DNA of 64,000 nt, from the NCBI GenBank assembly GCA_900617105.1, contig UYFQ01000306.1, forward strand, positions 1 through 64,000. The letters are read 5' to 3'. The stretch is from Hydrurus foetidus. Its lineage: Eukaryota. The notes under the pieces were generated by a model. The model was not told where the DNA came from. It was given only the letters and a program-made list of their open reading frames with translations, and did not search any database. This document shows positions 50,908-64,000 of this stretch, piece after piece; the stretch's first letter is position 1, and every line of letters starts with the position of its first letter. The position numbers and the translations under genes were made by a program.

Positions 50908-53900
50908 CTAATCTTTGCCAGCAGCTTTTCTAATGAATGATCCGGGTCTGCCAGCCGATGGACCTCTCCCTGCCCCCCGCCCTGCACCTATGATCAAAGA
51001 GCACAAACATAAATAAGAGCGCCAGAGAGATTTAGAAGAGGCACGACACAGAATTGAATAAGGGGTCAAGGAAAGGAACAATCATCCATGCGAATTGGTG
51101 CTGTAGTCACCTCTCCCTGCTCCTCCTCTACCAGAAGGCCCCCCTCTACCGGTTGTGTCCCTGCCTGTCTTGGGGGTTGAGTTCGCCCACTCACGATCCT
51201 CTGTGACATGGATTAGAGAGCAATAGTGAGGATGGTGACAGGGTTGCTGTTGACATACATTTGAGACGAGGCAAGACACTTCGGAGAGAATCGTACAGGC
51301 GGAGAAGCTGTGAAGTGATCATTGTAATTCAAAAAGCGTAGAAAAAGTTCACTGACCTTTTGGTTCGTTGCCTCTGGTGGCTTTACTGTCGTTGCGACCC
51401 TTCACAGTTGAACCTAAGAGCAGTGGAGTGATGGGGACAGGAATGTCAGTGAAAGAAAGGGAGAAAATGATACAAGGGTTCTTCGAGCAATATGTGATAA
51501 TTGATGAGTTGCGTAGACTTCATAATTTGTTCACCTCTTCCTCCTCTCCCCGCCCCTCTGTCGGTATACCCGCTGCTACTGCTGCCACTCGACCATGTGC
51601 CACTCTTCGCGCCTACAGAGTCAGATATGATGTAAGAGATGCACAGATATGGGTGAAGTCCACTCACACAACATGATGCAACAATTCCATTCCGCCCAAT
51701 CAGTACTACTGGATGACCGAACTTACCGCCTCTACCGGGTGCTGCCGGTCTCCCCCCATCACTGCGACCCCCGCTGCCCGTCTTTACCCCTCCTCCGAAT
51801 GAGCCAAACCGAGGCTTGAGTGCGGCAAGTTTCGAAGCTGTTGAGACAAAATATGGAAGAGATGGGATGTTCAGCGATTGTGAGATGTCTGTGACTTTCG
51901 ACACGAATAGCTGTGGAGGAAGAGATGAATGAAGCTATTTCAGGCAGACATTCCTCACCTTTTCTAGTCTCTACCTCCTTTCTAGTGGACCTCCCAACTG
52001 TGACGAAGAGAAAATAAGAAGGTTAGCAGTCGTGAGGCTTGAAGATTGAATGCGATACAATGGGAAGAGAGTCGAAGGAAAGGTGTTCTGTGCACCTGTC
52101 TGAGCAAGTTTGCCGCTGTCCTGATAATCCCTCTTCTCGGATGTAAGACTGTCGATAGGGAGACCTCGAGACACAGCGCCCTACGTAAGAAGAGATCAAG
52201 AGAGAGGAGGAGGGAGAGACAGTGGTAAATGGGTTATGAAGGTGGATGTGAGGAAGTCACAGCGGGTCCGGAGATGCGTATGACAGGGTATTAGTTCTTT
52301 CTATTAGATGTTATGCAGTGACACTGACGCACCTGAATGGCATCAGATAACACTTTGTCTCTCTTGGCGATGATTGCTGTGACGAGACCCTTCCTGCCCG
52401 CTCTGCCACACCTACCGGCACTGCATCATTGCAATCAAGTGGAAGTGAGGGTGAGATTATGCTATGTGCAGTATGGCTGGGACTGGCGGTGAATGTACAA
52501 AGGGCTGAAGGAGATGTAGAGAAGGTGGTCATATAATGAGAGAAGCTATGAGTGAAGCGAAGGATGATAGCAATGGACAAAGAAAGGAGGTGCTATGTGA
52601 CAGTGAAGAAAAATAGAGCAGTACCGGTGAATGTAGTCCACGGGGTTGAGCGGGAAGTCGAACATGATGACGTGGTCGATCTCAGGGATGTCAAGTCCTC
52701 TAGCGGCCAAATCAGTGCACACGAGAAACTGCTGCTCGCCCTCTCGGAATTTGTCCAAATTGGCTTGTCTGATGTTGGTGAGTAACAGAGTAAATAGCGA
52801 TAGTCAGTCAGTCGTGATTAGCGGTCTGTGGATTGTGTTGTAGTGTTTACCTTTCTTTTGAGTTCAGATCTCCGTGATAGCTGAGCACATCGATGCCAGT
52901 GGTGGACATCGCATACTCCACCGCTCTGAGGGTGAGTGAGGGGAAATAGTGGGAGAGATGAGGGAAGGTATGAGTAGGCAACATGGGTTGGGCAGGTGAT
53001 TAAGGTGGTTAATGTGAGATGCATAGACGGTCACAAAAAAGCACCCATTGATTGACTGTCGACCATGAGCCCCTCTATGTGCTCATCTGTGCTGCTCCTT
53101 TAAGAAGTAAAACACGCACCGATAGAGCACATGTACATTTACTTGTAAGCATATGATGTGTTCACCTGCATGACTTGACGGTGTTGCAGAACACTAGAGT
53201 TCTGTACTTCTTGAGGGTGTGGCGAGAGATGACGTTGTTGAGCACGATCAGCTTGTCCACTCCCTTCGTGTCTTCCGCTAAGTGACGCACGTTAGGAAGA
53301 GTTCTGAAAGGAAGAAAGAAAAAGAGAGAGAGGGAAAGAGTTTAGTATACAGAACAATACCCAGGACTCATGATAAATAGATGCGATGATGATCAGCGGT
53401 AGAAGATTGAAGATTAGTAGCAGTGCTGTGCTGTGCTGTGGGAGTGCGTTTGTATGACTGACGTACACACCTGTGCACTCCATCTACCTCCACAATGTTC
53501 ATCGCCACTCTGCTGTTGTCAATTTCCTTCTGGCCCATCTGGGTCTTCACTTTGCGTGGAGTCAAATTCGATGGATCTGTGATAGTGAATGATGGAGGAA
53601 AGGAAAGGGGGAATGGATGACGTAGGGGAGGAGAAAATGTTTTGCGATCACTTACAAGATGAGACGGATCAGAGCCATTTAAATTAATTTTTTAGATGAA
53701 ATAAGGAGTGTAGATCTGTGAGACACGTACCGGAATATTCTATGCTGAACCCGCCCTGGACATCGTTCAGTAGGAGTCTAACAGCCTGTGAAGTGCAAGG
53801 GGCAGTCGATTAGAAGGGGACGGTTCAGATAGTGCATGGAGAGGTTGGGGTGTGTCGTGAAGTGGCATTGCTAGGCGGAGATGTAGTGAGTGGAATGTGC

Positions 53901-56900
53901 TTCTCGGAGATACTGGATGATTCAAGTGGCAGAAGTGCAGGAGAAGGGCGATCAGGACTATCAAGAAATGTCGATGAATAAAGAGTGGCACGATGTAGCT
54001 GCCGTGTATTTTCGTAGAGGCTCAATTGAGCCGATTGATAATAGCCAACACATAGTCTTCTCTTGTGACGTAGATAAGTCACACTCCTTGGCAATCTCGA
54101 TGGATGCTGACCTTTGTGAGTGTCGCGGTGGACATGATGAGCTGAACCTTCTTGTCGATGTTGCTGTCCTCGCTGTGGTCTCCTGCGAGCTCCTCAGTAT
54201 TGCGCTTCACGACAGAGCGTAAGATGCCGCTGTGTAGAACAGGGGAGAGTGGTGAGAAGGTGATGCGAGTATGTAGTGTGGGATTGGGGACTGATAGATG
54301 AGGGAGGCACGGTGACTGGACTCTTCTTACGGAGTGGGGCCATAGGTACGGTGGAGTTGTGGTGCGACATTTTGTAATAATGGTATGCATCGATCGTATA
54401 TATGTGTGTGTGGGGAGACTCAGACTAACGTGCAATTGTGTCTTCATCTAGATCAGAGAAGGAATTCAATCTTCGAAAAGTTTATCATCACTGACTCTCA
54501 CACACAGAACAGAGGCGAACAGTAATGGTGATGGACAGACAACGCCTTAACGCAGTGTCGGGGCACAGGAAACATTGAAGGAGTGAGGGCAGCTGTGTTG
54601 TGCAGCAAGTACAGGGCACGTGATGGCATCGACACAATATGTCATCAGATGCACGGGAAAATCTCTTGTAGAAATGTGCAATAAAAATCGTACTATATCT
54701 CATAGAGTCTGAAGTGATATCAGATATCAAATAGTGGGCATCGCCTCAGCTGGATGATGAGTATAATGTGCGAGGTGGAGAGTAGTTGGAATGGTAGGAG
54801 AGTTCACTGCGATGCAGTGCATGTGAAAGCTGGAAGTTGATGGGTTGGAAGAGCAGGACTGTCAGAATGGAAGGGTACTGGAAAGGATGTAGTGTGGCGT
54901 CTTGCAGCATGGGGTGTGTGTGGGGAGGCTCAGACTAACGTGCAATTGTGTCTTCATCTAGATCAGAGAAGGAATTCAATCTTCGAAAAGTTTATCATCA
55001 CTGACTCCCACACACAAGCCACGACCACACACCACAGGATTGGCACTCACTGTCTTGAGAGAAGAATTATCAGCAAATACGTCAGGGATGAGTGGTGTCC
55101 AGACTAACCGGATATCGGATCCGAAACCTTGGGTGAGCATGGTGTCAACCTCGTCAATGATCACATGGGTGACCTGCAGTAATGGGTAATGAGAAAGAAG
55201 TGTGATGTCGTGAGGAGGGAGAAGAGGCATGATGAGAGATCGGGCTACAGAGTGTGGTAGATCAGTGACGGAGGTGTGGTGATCATACTGAAACAGGGAG
55301 GAAGAGCTTCTGTGAGGGATAACAGTGGTAGAAAGATTGATTCTCAAGATTATTAACTGAACTGATTCAATCGCTCAGGCTAACAGGAAACGAAGGTTCA
55401 AATCAAGGGCTGTTTTGGCCTCATATTGAGCTGAGTTTGTTTTGTCTTCACTGCGATGAATGTGTGCTTCAAATAGTCTGCTTGAGATAATGAGTTGCTC
55501 TCTCTCACTTCTCTTTATATTGTGATAGTGGCTGGGATGTGGTAAAAATGATGGCACTTCAGGATGAAGAGTGTCTTCATCCTGGTCTACAAAAGTCTTC
55601 ACTACATATCTTGTGACTGGTATGTGCGTATAAAAAGGGGAAGAGAGGAAAAGGGAGCGTTACCTGGCTGAGATAAAGATTGCCCTGTTCCTTGTGCTGC
55701 ATCAGTCTACCGGGAGATGCAACGATGACATCAACGAGGCGGTTCAACTGAACAGAGCGAGGGAAGAAACAATGTAAAGGGGGAGGGGCGAGTAGAGTAA
55801 GGGGCGGAGTTTGGGATATAACTAGGAAGACAGACAGGGGGACAGAGGGGACTGCAAGTCTGCGCGTTGTGAGCGGGAGGGAGGGTGTGTGTTGCTGCGT
55901 TGCATTGTGTCTCATCTAGTTGCTCAGACGTGAAATTGGTCTCCACACAAGCGCAAGCGCTATCGGAACCGTTCTTAGTTATTTAATATGAAATAATCCT
56001 CATCGCAGTGATGTGCAATGCAGTGTAGCACACCCCTTCCCACTCAAACAATGCACAGTCACTATTACAATCTCTCCGTTCTGCTCACACAACCGGAGAT
56101 GATGATGGAAGGCACAGCACGCAATAAAGGTTCTTACCGCTTTCTTCTGGATGGTGTACTGCTCTCCTCCCAATATGGCACATGAAGAAATCTAATGGGA
56201 GAATAAGAAGAAGGAATTTGTGGAGTGTTTAGTGATGTCAAGTTCTAGTTGTGTGTGCGCAGGCAGGTTGACACAGGAGAAGAAGTTGATAAGTATGTAG
56301 AGACTAGAGGTAGATAAAGGTGAGGAAAGTAGATTGAGAGAACGGAGGGAATGATAAAGAGAGAGAGAGAGGTGAGGAAGGTAGAGTGCGCTACAGTCTT
56401 GAACGATGGAAATAAAGTCCACACACAGCTTCTCCCTTTTCAGGAATAGGCCTCAGACAATTCATATTAAATGAGAGTTTCGTCATTGCGCTTTGGAAGA
56501 GGAATGAGAGAGGGAGGTGAGGAAGATAGACAGGGATTGATAGATAAAGCGCTACAGTCTTGAACGATGGAAATAAAGTCCACACACAGCTTCTCCCTTT
56601 TCAGGAATAGGCCTCAGACAGTTCATATTAAATGAGAGTTTCGTCATTGCGCATGGGAATGAGAGTGTGACAGACAACAGTGGAAGTGTGACACCTCCTT
56701 CAAGATTAAATTCCAAGTGTCAAAAGAGTAAGGAAGTAAAGCAGGTATAGAATGGGGCTGTTATATACCTTGGAGAAATGAGACAGGTCTTTGATTGATC
56801 CTAGAATCTGTCGTGCCAGGTCTCTAGTGGGGACCAGGATGATGCATCGGGGTCTGCGGACCTGTCTCTCGTATCCCTTTAGGGCGAACAAATGGATGAG

Positions 56901-58109
56901 GTGCGTGAGATTGGCAGAGAAAATTGGCAGTTCAATGTTCACATCATGTTGACTGCTGTGTATTAGCTGCATCACATTCTATTTTGCAGCATCTAAGTGC
57001 ATGAGTCAAAGTAATACAATGTACGGTTGCGAATGTTTTTTGCTCACCTGTTGTTCTTGCGATATGAGGGTCTGAATAACTGGCAGGGTGAAGGCAAGGG
57101 TTTTACCGGACCCGGTAGATGCGGCCATGACCAAGTTCTCACCATTTAAAAGTCGTGGAATGACAGCCTTCTGGACTGGGGTAGGGGTGTGGAAACCTGA
57201 AGTTGTCATTGCACCGATAATCAGTCAACTGGTAAATGGCACGATGAGGTCGGAGATAGTGATGTTGTTGTAGACTTGCACGATGACGAGTTTTAATATT
57301 TACATAAATAGGAGATTTTGGTTTAAAATGATGTCGATTTCATGATCGCTACGGCTGTACATGCAAATCGTGTACCTTGATTTGCGAGACCCTTCACAAC
57401 ATCAGTGACCAGTCCTAATTTGCTGAATTCGTTATCAAATCCGATATCAGGTGCTGGCTCATACGCACCAGAGTAGTCGATCTTCTGATAGATGTTGACT
57501 GGCTCTTTCGGTTCCTCAACAACTACGTTGTCAGAAGATGTACAGTTGAGTCAGCATATTTTTGAGTTATTCGAAGTATTCGTAAAGCCGAACTTTGATA
57601 AGTTATCTAGATAATCACTTTACAGATAAGATGGAACAGCGAAGTTGAACAACTCTGTCAGAAATTGGCAAGAAAAGTCGATGCTCTTGCATATGTCCAC
57701 AATTACATTGATTGTGGTGGGAAAAAGTGCTGTGAAAACATGGGTCAGTTTGAGGCAGATCAATGCGCTATGACGACAGTCAAGGGAGGGAGTACTGCTT
57801 ACCAGTAGTAGCTGCTACTTTAGAAGCCTTTTTAAGGCGCATTCTAGTAAGGCCTTTGAATATTTTCTCTGCTTTTTTCGTTCTTTCCATAAGGTCATCG
57901 TCATTTTCAGAGATTGCGCCAACGTCATTTCCACTGATAGAGCTAAATAAGCAGGATGATCTTAATCTGCAAGCAATGAGGTCTCCTCTCGGAAGTCGCA
58001 TGTTGACAGCGCATCTTCCTGCACTTTTTCTGAGCAGCATAGACTGACCAGCGAGCGCCGTGAACTTCAACATCGGAATGAGCATGAAGAAGAGATTTTC
58101 AAACTTCAT
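50908..58109 (-). CDS. DEAD-box RNA helicase (DEVD variant, RH50/RH39-like, probably organelle-targeted) with an RGG-rich tail
   Basis: [58 protein letters not shown]. The last exon (50987-50908) reads [16 protein letters not shown]...KD*. Confidence 0.92.
54404..55016. repeat. two copies (54404-54506, 54914-55016) of a ~103-bp unit with inverted ends in one helicase intron
   Basis: Near-identical direct repeats 510 bp apart; each begins TGTGTGTGGGGAG and ends CTC(T/C)CACACACA. Confidence 0.85.
56388..56652. repeat. tandem duplication of ~104-bp core (56388-56491, 56549-56652) in a helicase intron
   Basis: GCGCTACAGTCTTGAACG...CGTCATTGCGC twice, with one substitution seen. Confidence 0.9.
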
Positions 58110-59255
58110 GGGTTATGATTACTTCTGCCTATCAGTCATCAAGGATGCCGGTTGCAAGGTGGCAAATGCACAACAGAAGTTGATGCCACCTTTCGATTAG
58201 TTAGACAGTGCGGAGGAGTGAGAAGAGGCGACACAGAAATAGGGTCTGGCGAAAGGACGACTCTGGGGTATTATTGGTGGCTGTGAAATTGATGCTCTTT
58301 TCAGGAAACACTGGTCCAAGATCCATAGGAGATCCATAATCCATTATCTATATTATACCGTACTGTACCACTTTTTACTTCTGTACTGAGCTACATTTGA
58401 TTTTTTACTCTGCAGCGAAGAAGTTAATTAACAACAATTCAATTGAAGCAACTCTCGTAATAGGAACGCACTTAATGCCTGCTACCTGTCGAATCGGGAA
58501 TATAAAGAGCGCTATCTGACTCGAGAAACAGCTTGCATCGACATAGAAGGGACGCTATTGTCCAGCCAGACACAATCGATCTTCTCTCAAAATGATCTGT
58601 AACGATAATCTTAAATAACAAACAGAAAGATTTTTGAATGCGAAAGCCTGATCGCCAAGTTGTCAATTAAATCGCAAAATTTATCAAATAGATCAAGAAA
58701 GTGAAAGAGGGCGGTAGTCGGGTGTCATACTAATTGTCCAACAGACAAGGCATACATGCATTATGTTAAGTATGTACAATACGAAAAGGATGTGATGAAA
58801 TCAATTAAAATTGAGAGTCGCCGATCTGATCTCTGATCAAGGAATGCAGTGCTTGTATCGGCTTATTCGGTTTTCCAGGTATTACAATAACAAGAGATGA
58901 AGTGCAGTTCTGCCTGCTAAGTGCGTGTGAGTGAGGGCGCATCTTGTGAGCCAGTCCATTGAAGAGAGGGATGTCTTTGTGATGTGAGCCCACATAAATG
59001 GCCAGCAATGGGATTCGCGGAGGGAGCTAGCTATCAGTCCACAAGTCACAACTACACGGGAAGGGAATACCATGTCGTATTTGTGTATTCGAAAATGACC
59101 GCTGAGGACAACATCCACCGCTCAATATTTGTCCAATGTCGAACATCGAATGTGCTTCGACTGATTCCCGCAAACTACCGGTTACTTATTGCTTCTGCGA
59201 TACCAAGGGAAGAAACCAAAACGACTTGAATTGAGCGGGAATGTAATGGCCGTGA

Positions 59256-62200
59256 TTAGTCTCCGATGGCCGTAATGTTACGGCTAAGCAGTAGTTTCTT
59301 CCTGTGATCTATCCACAGCATCAATCCGAAGAAAAGCGCGCTGACTACGAATACAGCGTCAAATAGTAGGAAACATAACTCAAACGGAGCGGTCTCTCCC
59401 AGGGCTGCTGTCACTCCTCTGCGGCATCTGAGAGGCAGTTGAAAGCTCAGTTGCCACACACATGCCATGAAATAAAATCCTAATCATGTAAAAATACCAA
59501 ATTTACAGATTTGAGAATGATTATTAGAATGAAAAAATTGATTCAAATGAGAGGAATATTGTAAAAAGGAATTGATGCAGGAATTTGAGGGGTTCTGAGT
59601 CCACTGCTAAGAGGACAGCGGCTTCAGATGAGAAGCAGAGAAATGGAAAGAAACGAAGAGAAAGAAATCACGTGCGTGTCAGGAGCATGTTAGCGAATGT
59701 ATGAGGGAGGAATGAGAGGGAGGAATGGAAGATGATGATTGAGAGTGAAGGATTGTGATACCTGCCAGGAGAGCGAGTGCGAGAGAGTAGAGCTCCGTGC
59801 TGGTTGACATTATACCCAGACTGGCCAGCTGCTCCATCGCTACGAGGAACGCACGGACCTGAGGAATTGTACGGACATGAGAAGGAGGAGAAGGAAGGAG
59901 AGAAGGAGTGAAGAGTGTGATGCGATGCTATATGAGAGGAGGACGTGATCGCGTAGACTGGCGGAAAGAGGACGGCTGAAATGAAAGCATGAAGAGACAG
60001 ATGGCGACCGTGTTGATGCGGTCTTAGAAGGCAGTGGTTTGTGTGGGGTGGGATAGCATAGGATGGTATCAGAGAGCACCACATAGATTGATTCTTGCTC
60101 AGGTATGTGTGCTGAACTTGATGCATCAAAATAGAGAAATGAGAAGTAATACCAGCGTTGCATTGAATTGTCCTCCTTTTATGAATTTGAATGTGAATAT
60201 CGCTAGATGATATGATTTGAGACACATGCATGATGTCTGACACGCAGTAGATGATGTACTGCACCTGCATAAGAGACATGGAGGCTATATACGCAGAGCT
60301 CAGAGAAGGTGCCCATGCAGTGCCATCGATCTTGAGATGCACCAGTAGGAAGGACAGGGAGGTAGTTACCAAGTCCCCCCGAGGGACCTTGGACACACCC
60401 CCAACATCCGATCCTACGGTAGTCTCTTCCATATACCCATCCAGACGCACACCGAAATCGTGCCCTACAGGGTTGTAGTCGACACTTTCTGACAGGGTGT
60501 CTAAATCGCTTGAACTGAATACTGCACCTACACTGTATATGTCGTCCAAACCAACTGCAGAAATGGAGGTGAGAAACAGTGCTAAAATGAGAAGTAGAAG
60601 GTTAACGTCTGTGACGCTTGTCAACAAAATTAGGAGAACATTTTCAAAGGGAAAAAGTCTACGAGACTTGATTTTTGATAGGTATGTAAAATGCGCTTGA
60701 GAAAAAGATCAAAAAGTGTAAGACGTTACCGGAGTCTCCCCTGCGAAGAGCAATTTCAGATTCTTTGTAAGCGACAATAACTGTTCTCAAGTGGTCTAGT
60801 ATGTGCCACACTCCAACTAGCAGTCGAGCTATCGCCACCACACTGACAGAGAGAAAGAGGTGATTGACGTTGTTAGTGATATGGAGATTGGTATGAGCAG
60901 CAAGTGAGCATTACATGTCTGCACATGTCCTCATGTGCACACGAAGTATTCCTACGTAACAAGTGCGAAATATCTTTAAGAATCACGAAATCGTATTCGT
61001 CATCGCTAGTGAAGTTCTCTATTCACGACAAGAAGTACAATTCCGTGATTCTCGCTGGTGCTCTCTACTTGATACGCGGGGACGCTTACTACCTCCCATA
61101 CGTGCAGATCTCTCTTACCAACAGTGCATAGATAATCTAGGCTATCAATTCAAATCAAACTGAGCACCTCAGCGCTCTACTGACATGAGTTGGAGTGGTG
61201 TGACAGCATGTCGTGCCGTGAATAGTGGAACAAAAATTCATCAGAAAGTTGAATCTTACGTTAAAATTTGACCGAGTAGTCTCATGATCCTGCCCCACTG
61301 AGTACGTGCCATTTCGGCCATACGTTGCTGCTCTTTTAAGGCAACTATTTCTTGGAATAGACTGGTAGATAGCTCCTCTAATTGTTCCGCATTCTTGCTG
61401 AGATGGAGGAGCTTGAATGCCCTGTTGTTAGCAACACAGCAGTTTACACTCTGATCCATCTCTGATACCGCTGTGCCTCTCAGCTTCCTCCTCGTCTGCT
61501 CATCAGATATCCTGTCCATAGCAATGGCATCGAATGCTAGACTAAATTTGTCCGTTTCTATCGCGTCCTCACCAGTGACGTCAGGTCTGTGATCGTTGTA
61601 CTCCGTGTCACTGACTGTTCTGGGAACCCTCACAGTCTGACTAGGGGTCGGTGGAGGGGTTATCGTCATAGACATCATGAGCAATTCCTTTTTCCTGGTA
61701 GCTATTTCTCTAAGAAGCTGCGACAGACTTCTTTCTCTTCTTCTCAGTTGTTCTGCATCCACTCCACGGAATATCAGGAGCTGCTCGAGGGGAAAAAAAA
61801 CCGTCGCAAAACCTGAAATAACCGCAGCGCAGATCGTACCTAGGACAGCTATGTTCGCAATTGATCTTTGGACGTCATAACTCATCATCAGTCTCAGAAT
61901 TTGTACGGCTGGCAAAAGATATCCATAACCATCGTGATTGTTCGCATTCTCACCGTCGAACATGAAGATCCATTTCATGGCGCCCGGAGAAGTAATCCCA
62001 TGAAGACTGTGTCCGAAGAGGTCACTTTCAGCGGGCTTGTAACCACTATTAGGAAAATATGAGGTGTGATAGTAGTGGACTAGAGATGATGTTATCCACA
62101 TTAGTAGCTGAAATAACCCCACCGAAACACCACCCATGAAGACGGAAACTTTCAATGAGAAATTTACATGAAATCCAATCGATATGGCCAATACTGCAGG

Positions 62201-62515
62201 AATAAGAACATTCAGTAGGAGGGCCAATATGGACAAGGAAGTCGTCCAAGTGAAAAGCCTCAGGGCAGGATGCAATAAGTCAAGAATCTCAAACGTCACC
62301 AGCTCCAGCAGAGTGCAGCATGTTACGAATGTTAGCAGGAATAACGATTTGCAAAGGGTAGCCCACTGTTTAGAATGCGTAGAATGGTATTTGCCAAGAC
62401 CGCTCTCGAAAAATGCGCGCCCGATGATCGCGAACATCAACCATGACGCAGGGAATATAAATATGTCGTACATCTTTAAATTGAAAATGTTGTAAAGCTG
62501 AAGAGAGTCCTCCAT
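59256..62515 (-). CDS. GPR89/GPHR (Golgi pH regulator; plant GTG-like) multi-pass membrane protein
   Basis: LFLLTF..C.LLELVTFEILD.L....R.F.W; IAVLGT.CAAVISGFATV..P; coiled-coil loop ...RTQWGR; later exons DLVT.SL, VRAFL, FYFMACV..L..QLP..CR..V..ALG, FDAVFVVSAL. Confidence 0.85.
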
Positions 62516-63463
62516 GTTGCCAACCCCAGTGGAGCGTGGGTGTTGCCACTGCGTGGATGAGAACCTACTTTAAGAAGATTGTTCGATGAAAATCGATATC
62601 ACTTTCATAGTGTAACTGTTTTTTCCTCAAAGGAGTAACTCGAATTCGCACGATAAGTGAAGCCCATTACGTCGTTCCGGGAAGATTATTTTCACCCGTT
62701 TCTTGACGGCAGTGTTCAACAAGAAACTTGTTTCGGCAATAGTTTCTCGCGCTAAGGTGAAGGGGTTGAGGGCACATCGCAGAGGCGAGAGCAGTACACT
62801 ACAGTAACGAAAGAACTCCACTCCAACTCGAAACGTGTTGTACACACTGTTATTTACCGTACGGTACAGTACAGTACAAACTACGAACCAAATTTTCATC
62901 CCGAAGTGGAACATTCCATTTTCTATTTTCTCCGGTGGCATCTTTAATTTATCGAACAGATTCAGCGAAGCGTATCTGTTCCTCTGCAAATAACAAGTTG
63001 AAGTTACCACGCCAGTGACTTGGCTTTTGAAAAATGAGTTGTTGCGTACTGAGAGGTAGGAGCGATCACGACCAGCACAAGAAATAAGATATCAGTCATG
63101 TAATACTCATTATTATCATAGCAGAATAATTTTGTATCAGCGGCACAGCGTAAGGAAGAGATCACAGTACAGATGCGACTAGACTAATTTGAAAGCAATA
63201 TGCATAATTTCCATTTTTTTTAATTGAGGAATATCAGACAGCTCTTTCCAGTATTCTAAGTGTCCTTGACGTCGCGGAGAAAATAGTGCATATTCAAAAA
63301 TGCCGTTGATGTGACCTGTACACCGGAGTCCCACATTATATTGGTAACTTTCAATTCAAGAACTACCATGGGGTTCTAAATGCTCCTGCAGTATTCCATC
63401 TGCCATCTCGATGTATCCCACTTGATTTGCAGCTGACGTTGGGATGGAAATTAGAGCAATACT

Positions 63464-64000
63464 ATGTCGGTCATAACAGCCATAGTGGAGAAAAACTCTA
63501 AGAAAGTTCAAAACATACCTATGATCTACACTCAGTTCGAAATTATTCGAAAGAATCTATCTATCCGTTGCGATGTGAAAAATGAAAAGTTACCCCAACC
63601 CCCAACGCCCCCCCGACTTCAGCCTTCGTTTTCAGTAAAAACGAAATCGTAAGCGATCGAGAGCATTTGAAACACATTTGATTTCCCAAATACTGTCCCA
63701 GCTATTTCCGTTTTCAATAACTGTAGCTGCGACATCATTCCGTAATAGGCGAACAAACGGGCGACGACGAAATGGGACGATTGTCATCTGAAGTTGGCGG
63801 GCTTTCGCATAAATCGCAGGATATTAAGAAATATATGAACTTGTTCATAAGTAGGGCAGCAACCGATATAATCGGTCGCAAGCTCCCTTATGACGCAATT
63901 GTCAGCACTGAAATGTTTGCTGCCTATGAGAAAGTCTTGAAGGATGCTCTCGAGGCCGGGGAGATCCCGATGGGCCTTTCGTTATCGATCCTCAAGATGA
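63464..64000 (+). CDS. 5' part of an unidentified gene (partial)
   Basis: ORF 63464-63652, then an acceptor at 63726 and a frame open to the window end (LRHHSVIGEQ...AYEKVLKDALEAGEIPMGL...). Exon joining is uncertain. Confidence 0.4.

Overview
This is eukaryotic, intron-rich DNA, most likely from a photosynthetic stramenopile (ochrophyte, chrysophyte-like). The evidence is GT-AG introns, bipartite signal+Phe plastid presequences, and a chlorophyll-synthesis gene. The first ~10 kb is a transposon cluster: (i) the 5' end of an LTR retrotransposon with an initiator-tRNA-type PBS and a Gag carrying a CCCH rather than CCHC zinc finger; (ii) a TA-flanked Tc1/mariner-type MITE; (iii) a 5.3-kb degenerate two-LTR Ty1/copia element. 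The third element has no tRNA PBS. Instead it has an 11-nt PBS-position sequence perfectly complementary to a site inside its own LTR, just downstream of a TATA-like box. This is the signature of Tf1-style self-primed reverse transcription and is the top finding. The rest holds about nine host genes: a plastid HugZ/PNPOx-like protein, a large WD40+FN3 protein, gamma-tocopherol methyltransferase (VTE4), a putative SSXT/SS18-like Q/N-rich protein, a Kelch membrane protein, NBP35, divinyl reductase (DVR), an RH50-like DEAD-box helicase and a GPR89/GTG-like protein, plus a partial gene at the right edge. Introns at 14-32 kb are packed with mostly pentanucleotide microsatellites. One intron carries nine tandem copies of its own 3' splice site. 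Exon boundaries and homologies were read by eye and none were confirmed by a search.
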